Shown in pieces: positions 27,533 through 36,466 of a stretch of 47,799 bases of DNA. Position 1 is the first letter of the stretch. The number at the start of each line of letters is the position of its first letter. The translations under genes were made by a program, and so were the position numbers. Source of the stretch: Candidatus Giovannonibacteria bacterium RIFCSPLOWO2_12_FULL_43_11c (GTDB lineage Bacteria > Patescibacteriota > Minisyncoccia > JACPKW01 > UBA11713); assembly GCA_001780775.1 (NCBI GenBank), contig MFIO01000014.1:5884-53682 (forward strand). Reading direction: 5' to 3'. The notes beneath the pieces were generated by a model. The model was not told the DNA's origin and did not search any database. It saw nothing but the letters and a program-made list of their open reading frames with translations.

Positions 27533-28510
27533 ATGCCGTATAGCGATTTGAGATCGTATTTGGAAGTTCTCGAAAAATGCGGAAAGTTGCGCCGTATCAG
27601 AAAAGAGGTTGATGCAAGTTGGGAGATAGCTGCGGTATGCCGCCAGCTATTCTACAAATTCCAGCCTAAGGAGCGCCCAGCCATTATTTTTGAAAATCCC
27701 AAGGGGTATGGCATTCCGGTTGCCGCAGGAACGGCGGCCGCTTCTCCCGAAATTTATCAGATCGGGATGGAGGCGAATTCGCTTGAAGAGATCAATCAGA
27801 AATGGGATCATGCGCTCGAAAATTTGATTCCACCGCGAATCGTTAAGGAAGCATCGTGCAAGGAAAATATTCTTCTTGGCGAGAAAATTGACTTGTCTAT
27901 ATTCCCTGTGCCAACCTGGACGCCTGGGCTGGATGCCGGACCGTATATAACTTCCGCGCTTGTTATCACAAAGGATCCGGAAACTGGCACATACAACATC
28001 GGAACCCACCGGATGATGATAAAAGGGAAAGACGTTACGGGAATGCACATCGGGAGCGCTCAAGACGCAGCGCGGCACATCGAGTGGTATGAAAAACAAG
28101 GCAAGCCCGCGCCCGTTGCAATCGCTCTCGGAACCGATCCCAGTCTCTGTTATGTCTCGACGACCCGCACCCACGAGCACGTTGACGAATTCTTCCTAGC
28201 CGGCGGACTTAGAGGCGAGCCGGTTGACCTGGTCCCGTGCGAAACAATTCCGCTTCTTGTCCCCGCGACAGCTGAAATTATTCTTGAGGGAGAAATTCCC
28301 GCCGGGACACGGGAAATGGAAGGACCCTTTGGAGAATATACCGGCTATATGAGTCCGAGCGGTATGCGCAGAATCTTTCGGATAAAATGTATTACTTTTC
28401 GCAACAATCCGATTTATCACGCGTTTATCAGCCAGATGCCGCCGTCGGAATCGAGCTGCATCCGGAAAATCGGGAACGAGCGCATAATTTTCCATACCTC
28501 CTCATCATAA
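27533..28510 (+). pseudogene. UbiD-family (prFMN-dependent) decarboxylase, C-terminally truncated
   Basis: DLRSYL, PAIIFEN, DAGPYIT, NIGTHR, VPATAEIILEG, EGPFGEYTGY and PPSE. Only 325 aa; stops shortly after PPSE, where family members continue into the C-terminal domain. Confidence 0.75.
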
Positions 28511-28557
28511 CAAATTTAAGCTGAATTTTCCAGCCAGAAAACCGGGAGACAGATAAT

Positions 28558-29787
28558 CTAAATCCCCTCTAAGAATTCTTCCACGATCGGACTTTCTTTT
28601 TTCGGGATAAGTTCACGCCTGATCGGTAGCAAGATTGTGAATGTGGTTCCCTTTCCTTCTTCTGAAACAAAAGTGATCTCACCGCCGTGGCGCTTGATAA
28701 TGTTCCTGGCGATAAAAAGCCCAAGTCCCGTTCCTTCCGTTTCGAGCTTAATGGCGTTCGAGGCGCGGAAGAATTTTGAGAATACTCTTGATTGCTCCCC
28801 AGAAGGAATTCCAGCCCCCGTGTCCGAAATAACGGTCTGGACGTAATTTTTTTCTAAGGATACGTTGATATTTATTTTCCCTTCTTCTTTCGTATAGTGA
28901 AGCGAGTTTTCAATGAGATTCGAAATTACAAGCGAAAGCCTGTCTCTGTCCGCGTAAATGGGCGGAATTAAATCTTTTGCAGGAAGGAAAGTAATGCTGA
29001 TTTTCTTTTCTTTGGAAGTAAGCTCGTAATTCTTGATCAGCTTTGACAAAAAATCCAAGTAATCTATTTCCGTAAATTCATATCCAAATCTTCCCTCCTC
29101 GATGCGCGCCGCATCAAGGAGATCGTTTACGAGCTTAATCATGCGCTCCGTCGTCTCAAAACTGCGGTTCAAAAATTCGAGCTGTTTTGCGTCAAGTTTT
29201 CCCATATCGCCGTCTATAAATAGCTTTATTGTCCATTTAAGGGCTGACAGAGGCGTTCTAAGCTGGTGCGCGGCTACTGATACGAATTCGGACTTAATCT
29301 TCGATATTAGCGCCTCGTGGCTTATATCGCGCATTATTTTCGCGTATCCGTTACCACCGCCTCCGGCGCTTTTAATTTCTTTACTCACGACAAAAAGCCG
29401 CAATTCCGGGCGGGAAGTATGGATCTCAATCCCCTTCTCGGAAGAAAAACTCTCGCCTCCCATCGCTTGGGTAAACGGGGCAAGCTCCGGATAGATCACC
29501 TCAACCAAAGCACGATACGCGGGCTTATCATCCCACAAATCCTCAACAATTTTTACGCCAAAAAGATCTTTTTGCTTAACTCCAAAAAATTCTTCCGCTT
29601 TAGGATTCATGAAGATAATTTTTTTATCGGCGCTATACTGCAAAACTCCGTCGGAAAGCGACGCCAGAATTACTTCCATCTCTCGTTTCTCTGCGCGAAA
29701 AAGTTTAGTCTGGCGCGCGAAATCAAAATAGCTTTTTGCCAAAAAGACTAAAAGTATTCCGATCAAAATTGAAGAAAAAATAATCAT
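28558..29787 (-). CDS. PAS-domain sensor histidine kinase
   Basis: TM, PAS-like region, H-box AHQLRTPL, N-box NLIEN, DTGAGI, FSKFFR, GTGLGL and GKGTTF. Confidence 0.95.
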   Translation of the reverse strand: MIIFSSILIGILLVFLAKSYFDFARQTKLFRAEKREMEVILASLSDGVLQYSADKKIIFMNPKAEEFFGVKQKDLFGVKIVEDLWDDKPAYRALVEVIYPELAPFTQAMGGESFSSEKGIEIHTSRPELRLFVVSKEIKSAGGGGNGYAKIMRDISHEALISKIKSEFVSVAAHQLRTPLSALKWTIKLFIDGDMGKLDAKQLEFLNRSFETTERMIKLVNDLLDAARIEEGRFGYEFTEIDYLDFLSKLIKNYELTSKEKKISITFLPAKDLIPPIYADRDRLSLVISNLIENSLHYTKEEGKININVSLEKNYVQTVISDTGAGIPSGEQSRVFSKFFRASNAIKLETEGTGLGLFIARNIIKRHGGEITFVSEEGKGTTFTILLPIRRELIPKKESPIVEEFLEGI

Positions 29788-30933
29788 CTATTCTTTCAAA
29801 TCATAAGCTCCCCTCGTATATTTGTTAGCCGGGTCCCACGAAAGCCAGCTCGAGAGCCCAGAGTCATAAACAGCCTTTTTCTGGGCGCGCACCATGGCCG
29901 CGTCGTATTTTGCCCCGAGATCGAAATCCTGTATCCAGGGGCGAAGTTTTGCCGGAGTTGATGTTGGAGCGGAGAGGCGCAAAAACGCCGCGTCCATCGC
30001 GAACTTTATAATTTCATATGGATGCTCCGCCGGATTTTTATAGCCCTGGAAAGTCGGAGGGTAGTGCGAAGGGTAAACCATGGGAGAAATATAATCGAAG
30101 TGCTTGTCGATCCGCTCCAAAACTTGTCCAATTCCCAAATCGTCTGTATTCGTAGTCGTCATGCCAAAAATATCCGCGGACATCGGAATCGAAATGGGAT
30201 CTTTCCCGTTTTTCAACTCTCCCCTTAAATAAGAAAAGAACGAATCGAGAACATCAGCTTTGTTCGTATTCCCGGAAAGCGGGAAGACTGCATCGGACAT
30301 ATTCCCGTCCGAAGGAAAACGAATGTAGTCGTAATTAAGCTCGTCAAAACCAACTTTCTCCGAAGCGCGTGATAGTAAAACCATGTAATCCCAATAATCT
30401 CTGGCAAAAGGGTCAATATATGAAAGCCCCTTCCTGTCCTTCCATATAGCCCCGCTTTTAGTTTTGACAGAGCTCTCGGGATATTTTTTTGAATAAAATG
30501 GATCTTGAAAAACCGTTATTCGGGCGATAGTATAAATGCTTTTTTTGTGAAGATCTTCGATAAATGCTGTAAGGTCTTTGATTCGAATCTCTTCCGAGCC
30601 AATTTCTTTGATTTTCTCGTCGCCAGTATCAAAAGAGACGCGTCCGGAATAATCCTTGACGTCTATAACTATGGAATTTATTTCAGTTTTATCAATAAAA
30701 TTGACCATATCGGCCCTCCAATCCTTGGTGCCTGATACCCAGCTTGTCATATAAATTCCCCGGACGGCTTCTGGGGTTGGCAAATGTTGAACCTTTTGAA
30801 CTTCCGCCTTTTTTTTCTCCTTGTCTAGCCCTAAGCGTTCAGAAATATATTCAACTGGCTCGAACGCGCGGGAAATAAAAAATAGCGAGATCAGCACTGC
30901 TCCGATAAAAACAGATAAGCTAAAAAATTTCAC
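29788..30933 (-). CDS. Putative glycoside hydrolase (DUF4015-like TIM barrel)
   Basis: VRGIY, NSIVIDVKD, IYTIARITVFQD, GFDELNYDYIRFP, SADIFG, SPMVYPSHY and RPWIQDF. Confidence 0.85.
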   Translation of the reverse strand: MKFFSLSVFIGAVLISLFFISRAFEPVEYISERLGLDKEKKKAEVQKVQHLPTPEAVRGIYMTSWVSGTKDWRADMVNFIDKTEINSIVIDVKDYSGRVSFDTGDEKIKEIGSEEIRIKDLTAFIEDLHKKSIYTIARITVFQDPFYSKKYPESSVKTKSGAIWKDRKGLSYIDPFARDYWDYMVLLSRASEKVGFDELNYDYIRFPSDGNMSDAVFPLSGNTNKADVLDSFFSYLRGELKNGKDPISIPMSADIFGMTTTNTDDLGIGQVLERIDKHFDYISPMVYPSHYPPTFQGYKNPAEHPYEIIKFAMDAAFLRLSAPTSTPAKLRPWIQDFDLGAKYDAAMVRAQKKAVYDSGLSSWLSWDPANKYTRGAYDLKE

Positions 30934-30934
30934 C

Positions 30935-31402
30935 TTATCTTAATTCTAATTCAGGAGGAAGTGAAACCAAAGCTCCTGATATGATGCCGAATTCCTCCGC
31001 CCGTCCTCGCGGGAGCTCGAGAACCATATCAACCGCGCCAGGGGAAGGAACAATTTTGAGGCCATTTTGCGGCTCACGCGGAAGAAAATCAACGCTCAAT
31101 ACGCGGTTATCTTTTATCCAAACCAGATCCAAGTCCAAAGGTGTTTGTTTATTCCAAAAAGAAACGTCGCCATCGTTCGCAAAAATAAAAAGCATTCCAT
31201 CATATCCTTCAACTCTCAAGACACCCATAAGACCCTGTTCCCGCTCCGCTTCGGTATCGGCAATTTTCACAGAAAGCCTATGCCCATTAATGTGGATCAA
31301 TTTTATATCTTCCCCGGTTTTTGGAGGTGCTTCCACTTTTTTGAAATAAAGAAAACTGCCGATAATAATTCCGATTACTAGAAATAATAAAGCTGGTTTC
31401 AG
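30935..31402 (-). CDS. DUF192 family protein (start may be CTG 31402; the track uses GTG 31336)
   Basis: IADTEAEREQGLM, GMLFIF, FWNKQTPLDLDLVW and VLELPRG. The upstream in-frame extension encodes a signal/TM helix. Confidence 0.8.
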   Translation of the reverse strand: MKPALLFLVIGIIIGSFLYFKKVEAPPKTGEDIKLIHINGHRLSVKIADTEAEREQGLMGVLRVEGYDGMLFIFANDGDVSFWNKQTPLDLDLVWIKDNRVLSVDFLPREPQNGLKIVPSPGAVDMVLELPRGRAEEFGIISGALVSLPPELELR

Positions 31403-31403
31403 A

Positions 31404-32408
31404 TTAGCTTTTTGCTTTTTCTTTTATGCTTTTAACGAGCTCAGCCGCGGCTTTGGAATTTTGTCGTAAAAATTCCTTGGCGTTCTCAAACCCTTGCCCC
31501 ATCCGGACTTCACCAAAAGAAAGAGACGCGCCTGATTTTTTTATCAATTCGTATTTGAGTCCGAGATTAATCAGGTCACCCTCGTAGGAAATCCCTTCGT
31601 TATACATTATGTCAAATTCCGCGCGCCTGAAAGGCGGGGCAACTTTATTTTTCACAATTTTGACATTCGTCCGGTTCCCGATTATTTCTTCCCCCTTCTT
31701 TAATTGTGCAGCGCGCCTGACTTCGATTCTGACCGAGGCGTAAAATTTAAGCGCGTTGCCTCCCGTCGTCGTCTCCGGATTGCCAAAGACTACTCCGATC
31801 TTCATGCGTATCTGATTTATGAAAATTACAACCGTTTTGGATTTCGCGATGATCGCGGTAAGTTTTCGCAAAGCCTGCGACATCAGCCGAGCCTGCAAAC
31901 CCATATGCGATTGACCCATATCCCCTTCAATTTCCGCCTGTGGCGTCAATGCGGCGACGGAATCAATCACTATGACATCGATTGACCCAGACCGCACCAA
32001 ACTTTCAACAATCTCGAGCGCCTGCTCCCCGGTATCCGGCTGTGAGATTAAAAGATCGTCGATTTTGACTCCTATTTTTTTCGCGTATTCCGGATCCAGC
32101 GCGTGCTCCGCGTCTACAAACGCGCAAAGTCCTCCTCCCTTCTGCGCGTTCGCTACAATATGCAAAGCGAGCGTCGTCTTTCCGGAAGATTCCGGACCGT
32201 AAATTTCGATAACTCTGCCCCTTGGAACACCTCCGACGCCTAGCGCCATATCAACGGCGAGCGATCCCGTCGGGATAACGTCCACATCCACTCTCCGGGC
32301 ATCCCCGAGCTTCATAATCGCCCCCTCCCCGTATTTCGCCTGTATTTCACGAATGGCGGCTTCGACCCCAGACTTTTTTTCGTTTATAACTTCAGATTTT
32401 TTTGTCAT
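31404..32408 (-). CDS. recA: Recombinase A
   Basis: [32 protein letters not shown] and [12 protein letters not shown]. Confidence 0.99.
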   Translation of the reverse strand: MTKKSEVINEKKSGVEAAIREIQAKYGEGAIMKLGDARRVDVDVIPTGSLAVDMALGVGGVPRGRVIEIYGPESSGKTTLALHIVANAQKGGGLCAFVDAEHALDPEYAKKIGVKIDDLLISQPDTGEQALEIVESLVRSGSIDVIVIDSVAALTPQAEIEGDMGQSHMGLQARLMSQALRKLTAIIAKSKTVVIFINQIRMKIGVVFGNPETTTGGNALKFYASVRIEVRRAAQLKKGEEIIGNRTNVKIVKNKVAPPFRRAEFDIMYNEGISYEGDLINLGLKYELIKKSGASLSFGEVRMGQGFENAKEFLRQNSKAAAELVKSIKEKAKS

Positions 32409-32430
32409 TAGTTAATTATATAAAAGCTTT

Positions 32431-32766
32431 TTATTTTAACAAGACCGTCCTTAATATCCTCTTCTCGTGGCCAAATTTGTCCTCGGCGTAAATTTCAATG
32501 TCGTTTACTCCTTTGGCAAGCAAAATCTCCTCTTTAAAATTTCCATTTTCATCCGTGAAAATAGTCCTTCCGTTCAAGGTAAATTTTATAACATCCAAAG
32601 CTCGTCCTTTTACTTCCATAGGATTTTTATCAAAAACTTCCCCTTGGGTCGGACTTTCAATATAAATGCGCGGACCCCTTAAAAAATCTCTCGCCTGCCA
32701 GAGGCCATAAAACAAAACCAAAACGCCGACAAAACCAATAAAAAACTTTTTGTGCGATATTCTCAT
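32431..32766 (-). CDS. Small membrane-anchored Ig-like domain protein
   Basis: TM, then GP.I.I.SP...V.G...LNG...G.F...L..GVN.I.I.AED..G beta-sandwich pattern. Confidence 0.7.
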   Translation of the reverse strand: MRISHKKFFIGFVGVLVLFYGLWQARDFLRGPRIYIESPTQGEVFDKNPMEVKGRALDVIKFTLNGRTIFTDENGNFKEEILLAKGVNDIEIYAEDKFGHEKRILRTVLLK

Positions 32767-34950
32767 TTAAAAACTATCGTAAAATTCATCGGGTTTTAGT
32801 TCTGGCTTCGGCTCCGGGCTTGGCATAAAATTTTCCCTGCCAATTAATACTTCTCTCGCCTTCGAACCATCTTTTGGGCCAACAACCCCGCGTTCTTCAA
32901 GCAAGTCTACAATTCGGGCGGCTCTCGCGTATCCCAATTTCAATCTCCGCTGAAGATGCGAAGTAGAAACACTGCCAGATTCTATCGCGATCTGCCTTGC
33001 TTTCTCAAAAAGCTCCTCGTCCTCATCATTTTCTATATCCCCATCTAGGTTAATCGGGCGCGGCGCTGATAAACCCGGTGCTAGAGCTCCTCCATTTGAA
33101 ACATCTCCGGAAATTTCCGTGATTACCTCGCCAACATCCTCAACATGCTCTTCGATCCATTCCGTAACTTTTTGGACTTCTTTTTCCGAAACGAATGCTC
33201 CTTGTATCCGTTTTGGCTTGCCAACATCCCCCGCGAGAAAAAGCATATCACCGTTTCCGAGAAGTTTATCTGCTCCGGATATATCCAAAATTGTCCGCGA
33301 ATCGATCTGCGATGCCACCGCGAAAGCTATTCTTGAGGTAATATTCGCCTTAATTAAACCAGTGATAACCTCAACCGAAGGCCTTTGGGTCGAGAGGACT
33401 AAATGTATGCCAACCGCGCGCGACATCTGGGCTAACCGAACAATCGAAGCTTCAAGCTCTCTGGGATATGTCGCCATTATATCGGCTAATTCATCAATGA
33501 CTATGAGCAGATACGGAAGTGTCTCGGCTTCTTTATCTTTAGAAAGAATATTTGAGTGATACGAGCTTATATCGCGCACTCCCCTTTGAGACAGAACTTC
33601 GTATCTCCTTTCCATTTCTTTCACAGCCCAGCGCAAAGACAGAATTGTCTTTTTTGCTTCATTGATCGGAGGAAACATTAGATGCGGAATCTTGGAATAC
33701 GCGGAAAGCTCAACCCTTTTCGGATCAACAACTATTAATCTTAAAAATTCCGGAGTGTTCCTGTATAGGAGGCTCATCATAAAAGAATGTATCTGGACTG
33801 ATTTCCCGGAACCGGTTGCACCAGCGATCAGCAGGTGCGGCATCTTTGCAAGATCGGCGTAAACAGCTTTGCCCGAAACATCGCGCCCTAGTGCAAACAA
33901 AAGTGGCCTGTCTGATTTTTGAAATTCCTCCGCGCCCAAAAGAGATCGAAGCCCAACTAGAGCAATGGATTTATTTGGAATTTCAATCCCAACAAGAGAC
34001 CTGCTCGGAATCGGCGCCTCTATCCTCAAAGGATGCGCGGCAAGCGCCAAAGCAAGATCATTTTGAAGCCCAATTATTTTGGAGAGTTTCATGCCCTCCG
34101 CGGGTTTGAGCGTGTATTGCGTTACCGAAGGGCCGACATTCACTTCCATCATCTCAACCTCAATCCCAAAAGTCTGAAGAGTTCGTTTTATAATGTTCGA
34201 ATTAGCCTTAATATCTCCAGAGGAAGGCGTCCCGCGATCATTTTCAAGGAGATCCAATGGCGGAAGTAACCCGGACATTTCGCGAAGCCCTTTTGATCTT
34301 TTTGTTTTCAACGAGAGAACGCCGAATTCATCGGCTGGAGCCGGTTTTGGTTCCGCTTCTTTGATAACCGGCTTTAGCGGGGCAACCGGTATAGTGATGA
34401 CTGGTTTAAGCTCGTCTTCTTCCCTCCTGGCCGTTGTGCCCGACGGGCCAGAGGCCTCATCTTTTTTAAATAATCCTAAGATGTGAAAATTCATCATTAT
34501 AAAAAACCCGGCGATATCCAAAGCCAAAAGCAGGATCAATGCCGCCCAGAAATCAAAAAGTCTTAAAAAGGTGTAGCTTGCTCCAAGCCCTACGTATCCA
34601 GCGGCCATATCCCGAAATACCAAATCAACTATGCCTAAAGTTGAGATTAAAAATAATCCGGCGCCGATAACGGTCGCGGATACAAAATTCCTGCGGAAGG
34701 CGAAAAGAAACGAAAATCCGCCGAAAAGAAAAACCAACGGGACCAAGAAAAATGCTTTTCCAAAAAGAAACTCAAATAAACTCTGTAGTCCATTCCCGAC
34801 AAGCCCCGCCTTCCCGAAAGCCGCCAAAGTCAGCAAAAACGCTACCGCAAATGCAAAAATCGCGAAGATTGATTGCTTCGTCTCATGCCTTATTCCCTCA
34901 TGCCATCGGGACTTTGATTTCCCGTTTTTATTTTTATCTTTCTTGACCAC
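32767..34950 (-). CDS. ftsK: DNA translocase FtsK/SpoIIIE
   Basis: N-terminal TMs, RIEAPIP, PHLLIAGATGSGKS, DPKRVEL, IDELAD, TQRPS and gamma domain LQRRLKLGYARAAR. Confidence 0.97.
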   Translation of the reverse strand: MVKKDKNKNGKSKSRWHEGIRHETKQSIFAIFAFAVAFLLTLAAFGKAGLVGNGLQSLFEFLFGKAFFLVPLVFLFGGFSFLFAFRRNFVSATVIGAGLFLISTLGIVDLVFRDMAAGYVGLGASYTFLRLFDFWAALILLLALDIAGFFIMMNFHILGLFKKDEASGPSGTTARREEDELKPVITIPVAPLKPVIKEAEPKPAPADEFGVLSLKTKRSKGLREMSGLLPPLDLLENDRGTPSSGDIKANSNIIKRTLQTFGIEVEMMEVNVGPSVTQYTLKPAEGMKLSKIIGLQNDLALALAAHPLRIEAPIPSRSLVGIEIPNKSIALVGLRSLLGAEEFQKSDRPLLFALGRDVSGKAVYADLAKMPHLLIAGATGSGKSVQIHSFMMSLLYRNTPEFLRLIVVDPKRVELSAYSKIPHLMFPPINEAKKTILSLRWAVKEMERRYEVLSQRGVRDISSYHSNILSKDKEAETLPYLLIVIDELADIMATYPRELEASIVRLAQMSRAVGIHLVLSTQRPSVEVITGLIKANITSRIAFAVASQIDSRTILDISGADKLLGNGDMLFLAGDVGKPKRIQGAFVSEKEVQKVTEWIEEHVEDVGEVITEISGDVSNGGALAPGLSAPRPINLDGDIENDEDEELFEKARQIAIESGSVSTSHLQRRLKLGYARAARIVDLLEERGVVGPKDGSKAREVLIGRENFMPSPEPKPELKPDEFYDSF

Positions 34951-35016
34951 AAATTATTTGAGTATTATACCAGAAAACAAAAAAACCGTCGCATGAATGC
35001 TAACGGAATTGTTTTG

Positions 35017-35048
35017 GCGGAGTGGATTGCATATGCAATCCACTCCGC
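35017..35048. repeat. Perfect 32-bp palindrome downstream of the Nudix gene
   Basis: gcggagtggattgcat|atgcaatccactccgc. Confidence 0.9.
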
Positions 35049-35061
35049 TGTTAATTTCTCC

Positions 35062-35799
35062 TTATTTCAGAGGTCGAACGCCTCTGACTTCATCTTCCCA
35101 GGTACGCGGTCTGGATTCTACTGGCCGGGCGGGAGCAGGAAACTTCAGCTCAAGATCTCGAGAAATGCGATCTAGGTGTCCGAGATACTCTTGCCGCCCA
35201 CGCTTCACTTCTTTAGTCAGTGCGGCTTTGAGTGCCAGACAATGTTTGGGAAAACAATTCTCTGGGTTGAGCGCCGATAACTCCAAATACCGTGGCGCTT
35301 CTGCTTCTCCCGGAGTTCCTGCATCTTTGAGTTCCCCGATCGTTTTTATCAGATAAAAATGGCTGGGGATTGGAGATTGAGCACCGAAAGTTATTATGCG
35401 CTCAAAACTCACGACCTCTAATCGTGTTTCTTCCCAAACTTCTCTCTGAAGGGTGGAGTACAGGTGGTCGCCATGTCCCTCGATTCTGGCTGATTCATAA
35501 TCCTCTTCGTCAACCATTCCACCGGGAAAGCCGTATAGATCGGGTTTTACCGTCTCCGTCCGACGCACCATCCATTCCTGGTAACGTTCGTCTGGAATGC
35601 CTTCTCTTCTCCAAGCCTCGAACAAATCCTCCCGCTTGAAAAACTTGATCACTGCGATCAATGTCTCAATACTTTTTACAACCAGGACTTTGCCCTCAAC
35701 TAAATTAATCCCGCCGACAAATTCTCTTTTCATAATCTGCCTTTCTGCCCGAATGTCGGTGCCGCGTTTTGAATTTTTGTTAAAGCAACAACCTCTCAA
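35062..35799 (-). CDS. Nudix-fold hydrolase with an interrupted Nudix box
   Basis: YGFPGGMVDEED...LQREVWEETRL; SD GGAGG 6-7 nt before TTG 35799. Confidence 0.7.
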   Translation of the reverse strand: MRGCCFNKNSKRGTDIRAERQIMKREFVGGINLVEGKVLVVKSIETLIAVIKFFKREDLFEAWRREGIPDERYQEWMVRRTETVKPDLYGFPGGMVDEEDYESARIEGHGDHLYSTLQREVWEETRLEVVSFERIITFGAQSPIPSHFYLIKTIGELKDAGTPGEAEAPRYLELSALNPENCFPKHCLALKAALTKEVKRGRQEYLGHLDRISRDLELKFPAPARPVESRPRTWEDEVRGVRPLK

Positions 35800-35850
35800 C
35801 TAAATCCTCCTCCGACCTTGCGTCGGAGAAGAACTTGGTTGAAGTTTTGT

Positions 35851-35894
35851 GTCGGGGGGAGTTGGTGAATATTTCATCACCAACTCCCCCCGAC
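35851..35894. repeat. Perfect 18-bp-arm inverted repeat (strong hairpin or terminator)
   Basis: gtcggggggagttggtga-atatttca-tcaccaactccccccgac. Confidence 0.9.
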
Positions 35895-35900
35895 GGGTTT

Positions 35901-36077
35901 TTACGCCTTTCGAGCTATGGCCATGATGACCAATCCGGCTATCGCGCATAGAGCCAACGCGATTGCAGAATGATAGTCAAAATTGCCGGTAATCGTGGCC
36001 AGCTGCTTCAGCTCTAAAACTAGATAAGCCACTACCGCCTCCACAAAAACGCCCCCAGTTAGAAGCGCTTTATTCAT
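35901..36077 (-). CDS. Small 2-TM hypothetical protein (start revised to ATG 36077)
   Basis: SD AAGGAGG before MNKALLTGG; two hydrophobic helices. Confidence 0.65.
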   Translation of the reverse strand: MNKALLTGGVFVEAVVAYLVLELKQLATITGNFDYHSAIALALCAIAGLVIMAIARKA

Positions 36078-36111
36078 GCTCCCTCCTTTTTTGTCTCGAT
36101 ATATCGAGACG

Positions 36112-36321
36112 TTAGCGTTGGCGTCGTTGAACCGACTGAACTTGGGGCTTGAGTTCCAGGCTACGAACAATCGTGCCCGTAGTTAGAAACTCAGAGTAAC
36201 AACATGTGCTGTGCAAAATTGTCTGAGCTTCTTCCAGTAGTGCGATTGCCTTCAGAAGCAATTTTCCAGCCTCCTCGTCCGCACTCATCAAGTCCACCGG
36301 CAAATATTCTTCATTAGCCAT
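36112..36321 (-). CDS. Small hypothetical protein
   Basis: SD AAGGAG upstream and its own promoter. Confidence 0.6.
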   Translation of the reverse strand: MANEEYLPVDLMSADEEAGKLLLKAIALLEEAQTILHSTCCYSEFLTTGTIVRSLELKPQVQSVQRRQR

Positions 36322-36387
36322 CGTCTTTTTCTCCTTTCAAAGTTTTAAGAACATGTTAATGTTTAGCCCTTTGGCCACATTTTTTCA

Positions 36388-36416
36388 ATTATACCCCTAA
36401 AACGGCTTTAAGTCAA
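36388..36416 (-). promoter_or_regulatory. Sigma70 promoter of the orphan/Nudix insert
   Basis: TTGACT-17 nt-TATAAT. Confidence 0.7.
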
Positions 36417-36422
36417 CAACAT

Positions 36423-36449
36423 AAAGAGCCCTTAAAATAAGGGCTCTTT
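36423..36449 (-). terminator. Intrinsic terminator of rpoBC
   Basis: aaagagccctta-aaa-taagggctcttt, 17 nt after the rpoC stop. Confidence 0.8.
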
Positions 36450-36466
36450 GAGAGAAAATATGAGAT

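Noticed and set aside
27533-28557. Frameshift or stop read-through restoring full-length UbiD
   Set aside because: Only 47 nt remain before the convergent kinase gene, and no UbiD-like continuation is visible in other frames.
34998-35056. 59-nt segment with AAC/GTT ends around the 32-bp palindrome, resembling an integron attC site
   Set aside because: The ends deviate from RYYYAAC/GTTRRRY, the stem is off-centre and lacks the extrahelical bases, there is no second copy, and no integrase is in the window.
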